Below the pieces are notes generated by a model that made no database searches, was not told the DNA's origin, and worked only from the letters and a program-made list of their open reading frames with translations. Positions 36,221-38,095 of a stretch of DNA of 38,095 nucleotides are shown here, piece by piece (the first letter of the stretch is position 1; every line of letters starts with the position of its first letter). The stretch is taken from NCBI GenBank assembly GCA_009779335.1, contig WREM01000001.1, forward strand, positions 1 to 38,095, read 5' to 3'. The stretch is from Streptococcaceae bacterium. GTDB lineage: Bacteria; Bacillota; Bacilli; Lactobacillales; Streptococcaceae. The position numbers were made by a program, and so were the translations under genes.

Positions 36221-36292
36221 TTTGTATTATTTTTTAACCTTTCCTATTATAACAAAATTTTCCCAAAAAAGAAATAATAAGAATATTATTAT

Positions 36293-36378
36293 AAAAAAAC
36301 ACCCATCGAGCATAAGCAGGTGGGTGTTTTGCTGTCTATTCTACATACAAAAACCAAGCGATTATACTTGGTTTCTTT
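36293..36378. terminator. Two terminator-like hairpins downstream of the ParM operon
   Basis: AAAACACCCA...TGGGTGTTTT and AAACCAAG...CTTGGTTT. Confidence 0.55.
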
Positions 36379-36810
36379 TTATTTCATAATCTGTGTAAGT
36401 CTTTCATTTAACGCAATCAGATCATTACGATATTTTTCAACCTTAGAATTAAGCTCTGATATTTTTTTCTGTGCCTCGACTATTTGATTTTCAGACCCTG
36501 AAACTTTCTTTTTCTGAAGATCTAATATTAGCTTTGTTTGCTCATATTTTTTATTCAATATATCCTTTTCGGATTGTAGTTCTTTAATTTCTTTTTCTTT
36601 ATTATCAAGTTTTATTTTATCTTGATTGTTTGTGTTTTTTATATCCTTAATTTGTTGCTCCTGTTTCGCAACTTCTGCTCTTAAATCTTGATTTTTTACA
36701 CGATAGCCTAAAAGAATAAATAGTGTCATTAAAAAATAAACTACAAAGAACCAGAATAAAAAAGTATTACTTGTAAGTAGATTTACCATGATTTTGTTAA
36801 TTTTCCTCAT
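36379..36810 (-). CDS. Membrane-anchored coiled-coil protein
   Basis: N-terminal TM helix followed by a Lys/Glu/Gln coiled coil; overlaps the ParM-like stop. Confidence 0.7.
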   Translation of the reverse strand: MRKINKIMVNLLTSNTFLFWFFVVYFLMTLFILLGYRVKNQDLRAEVAKQEQQIKDIKNTNNQDKIKLDNKEKEIKELQSEKDILNKKYEQTKLILDLQKKKVSGSENQIVEAQKKISELNSKVEKYRNDLIALNERLTQIMK

Positions 36811-38095
36811 TTGTCTCTTTTATTAGTTTCCCAAGATCTTCTTTTATTTTTTTCAATTCCTTTTCACGCTCTACGTTTGCCTGTGATTCCGATTCAAAAT
36901 CAGATTCAGAAACTAGAGATTCTGAAGCACTCATCACTTCTTCCTGTGATTCAATAGCTTTTTCTTCGATCACGACTGTTTCTTGAACGTCAGAAGCCGT
37001 ATCATTTTGTTCGGAAACAAGACTTTTATCTGAAGAGTCTTCATAAATTTCTGATGAAACTGCTTCTTGTTCTGTTTTCTCTTCAGACGTTACAGAAGTA
37101 TTCTCAGGCACAGCTATGGAGTTTTTAGAGTTGTTTTTTCTTGCAAATAATATTTTTCCGTATTTATAAAAACCACGTGCATTTGCAAGCTCAGATTCAT
37201 CAGTAAAAATCAATCGTCCAAAATATTCTTCTCCGATTTCCTCTAGCAGAACTTCCAAGCTCTCTTTTACAAGTAAATTTGAACCTCCACCAGTCATTAT
37301 AATATAATCAATTTCCTCAAGATTTGGGAATTTTTCAGTGATGATGGGTGCAACTGTAAAACGAGTGTATTTTTCAATTTCTTGAACAACAATCTTGGTA
37401 ATATCTTTACTGTTAGCAGGATTATTATTAGGACGATAAATATAGCCTTCATCTTCCGAATCTCCTGACCGCAAAATTTCTTCAATAATGGAAGATTTTG
37501 CTGAATTTATTTGACGTCCGATTTCATTGATTATCGTTTGAATACCATAAAAACGCTCATAATCTAAAGGAGATGGGGCCATATTTTCTACTTCATTAAT
37601 CAAAATAGATCCACCACCAATATCAACAATTCCCACTCTACCTTTTGTAAATGTGTTAATTGGATTAAGATATTTATCAAACGACATTTCAATCATCGCC
37701 CCCATATATTGTGGACGTAATGTTAAATACTCCTCTGACTTAATTTCAATTATATATTCTTCGCCGTTAATAAAAACAGTGTGTCGCCCAATTAAAAATT
37801 CTTTCAAAAATTGTATGGTTTTACCATCTTTATTCATTTCACTTGTAGATAGTCCAAGAAGTAAATGAACTTCTAAAGCTCTGTTTTTTTCGACTCTATA
37901 ATCCATTGCCAATCGTCCTAGAGCAAATTTCAAAATTCTTTGAACTTTCTTTTGCTCCATACGAGTTGTATACCCATAAGTATCGATTATTTTTTCAGAT
38001 AATGATCGATAGGCATTTAATTCAGAACCCCAAATAAATTTGTCTTCTTCATCTGATAATTGATAAATATCATTTTTATGTACTTGGAGATCTCC
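36797..38095 (-). CDS. ParM/StbA-like actin ATPase with acidic C-terminal extension (5' end outside window)
   Basis: LLLGL, RPQYMGA, VGIVDIGGGS, IIMTGGGSN, ANARGFYKYG. The frame stays open from 37960 to the window end. Confidence 0.8.
   Translation of the reverse strand, partial: GDLQVHKNDIYQLSDEEDKFIWGSELNAYRSLSEKIIDTYGYTTRMEQKKVQRILKFALGRLAMDYRVEKNRALEVHLLLGLSTSEMNKDGKTIQFLKEFLIGRHTVFINGEEYIIEIKSEEYLTLRPQYMGAMIEMSFDKYLNPINTFTKGRVGIVDIGGGSILINEVENMAPSPLDYERFYGIQTIINEIGRQINSAKSSIIEEILRSGDSEDEGYIYRPNNNPANSKDITKIVVQEIEKYTRFTVAPIITEKFPNLEEIDYIIMTGGGSNLLVKESLEVLLEEIGEEYFGRLIFTDESELANARGFYKYGKILFARKNNSKNSIAVPENTSVTSEEKTEQEAVSSEIYEDSSDKSLVSEQNDTASDVQETVVIEEKAIESQEEVMSASESLVSESDFESESQANVEREKELKKIKEDLGKLIKETNEEN

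Noticed and set aside
1-38095. CRISPR arrays, tRNA/rRNA genes, IS elements, reverse transcriptase/DGR
   Set aside because: No repeat-spacer arrays, cloverleafs, transposase or RT motifs seen by eye.

Overview
The window holds an apparently complete ~32 kb temperate siphovirus prophage (~1350-33580) in a low-GC Firmicute; a Lactococcus-like host is inferred. It has an A118-type head/tail module, a prim-pol/VirE replication module, a Cro/CI switch and a TP901-1-like large serine integrase. Almost all phage genes are on the - strand. The packaging operon is interrupted twice. A small serine resolvase sits between terS and terL. A DNA-modification cassette sits between terL and portal: an amino-MTase, a multi-TRD C5-MTase with an out-of-frame overlapping ORF, DUF4417, and two small basic proteins sharing an N-terminal GGRGSxSK motif. 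The left flank is the 5' part of a KxYKxGKxW-signal, lectin-like surface protein gene, preceded by tandem promoter-terminator units that look like small RNA genes. The right flank looks plasmid-like: a type II TA pair, a RocS/DUF536-like protein, a ParM/StbA-like actin ATPase, and a ~480 nt highly structured non-coding region resembling a ROOL RNA with a countertranscript-like element upstream. All family assignments come from motif recognition by eye; no searches were run.
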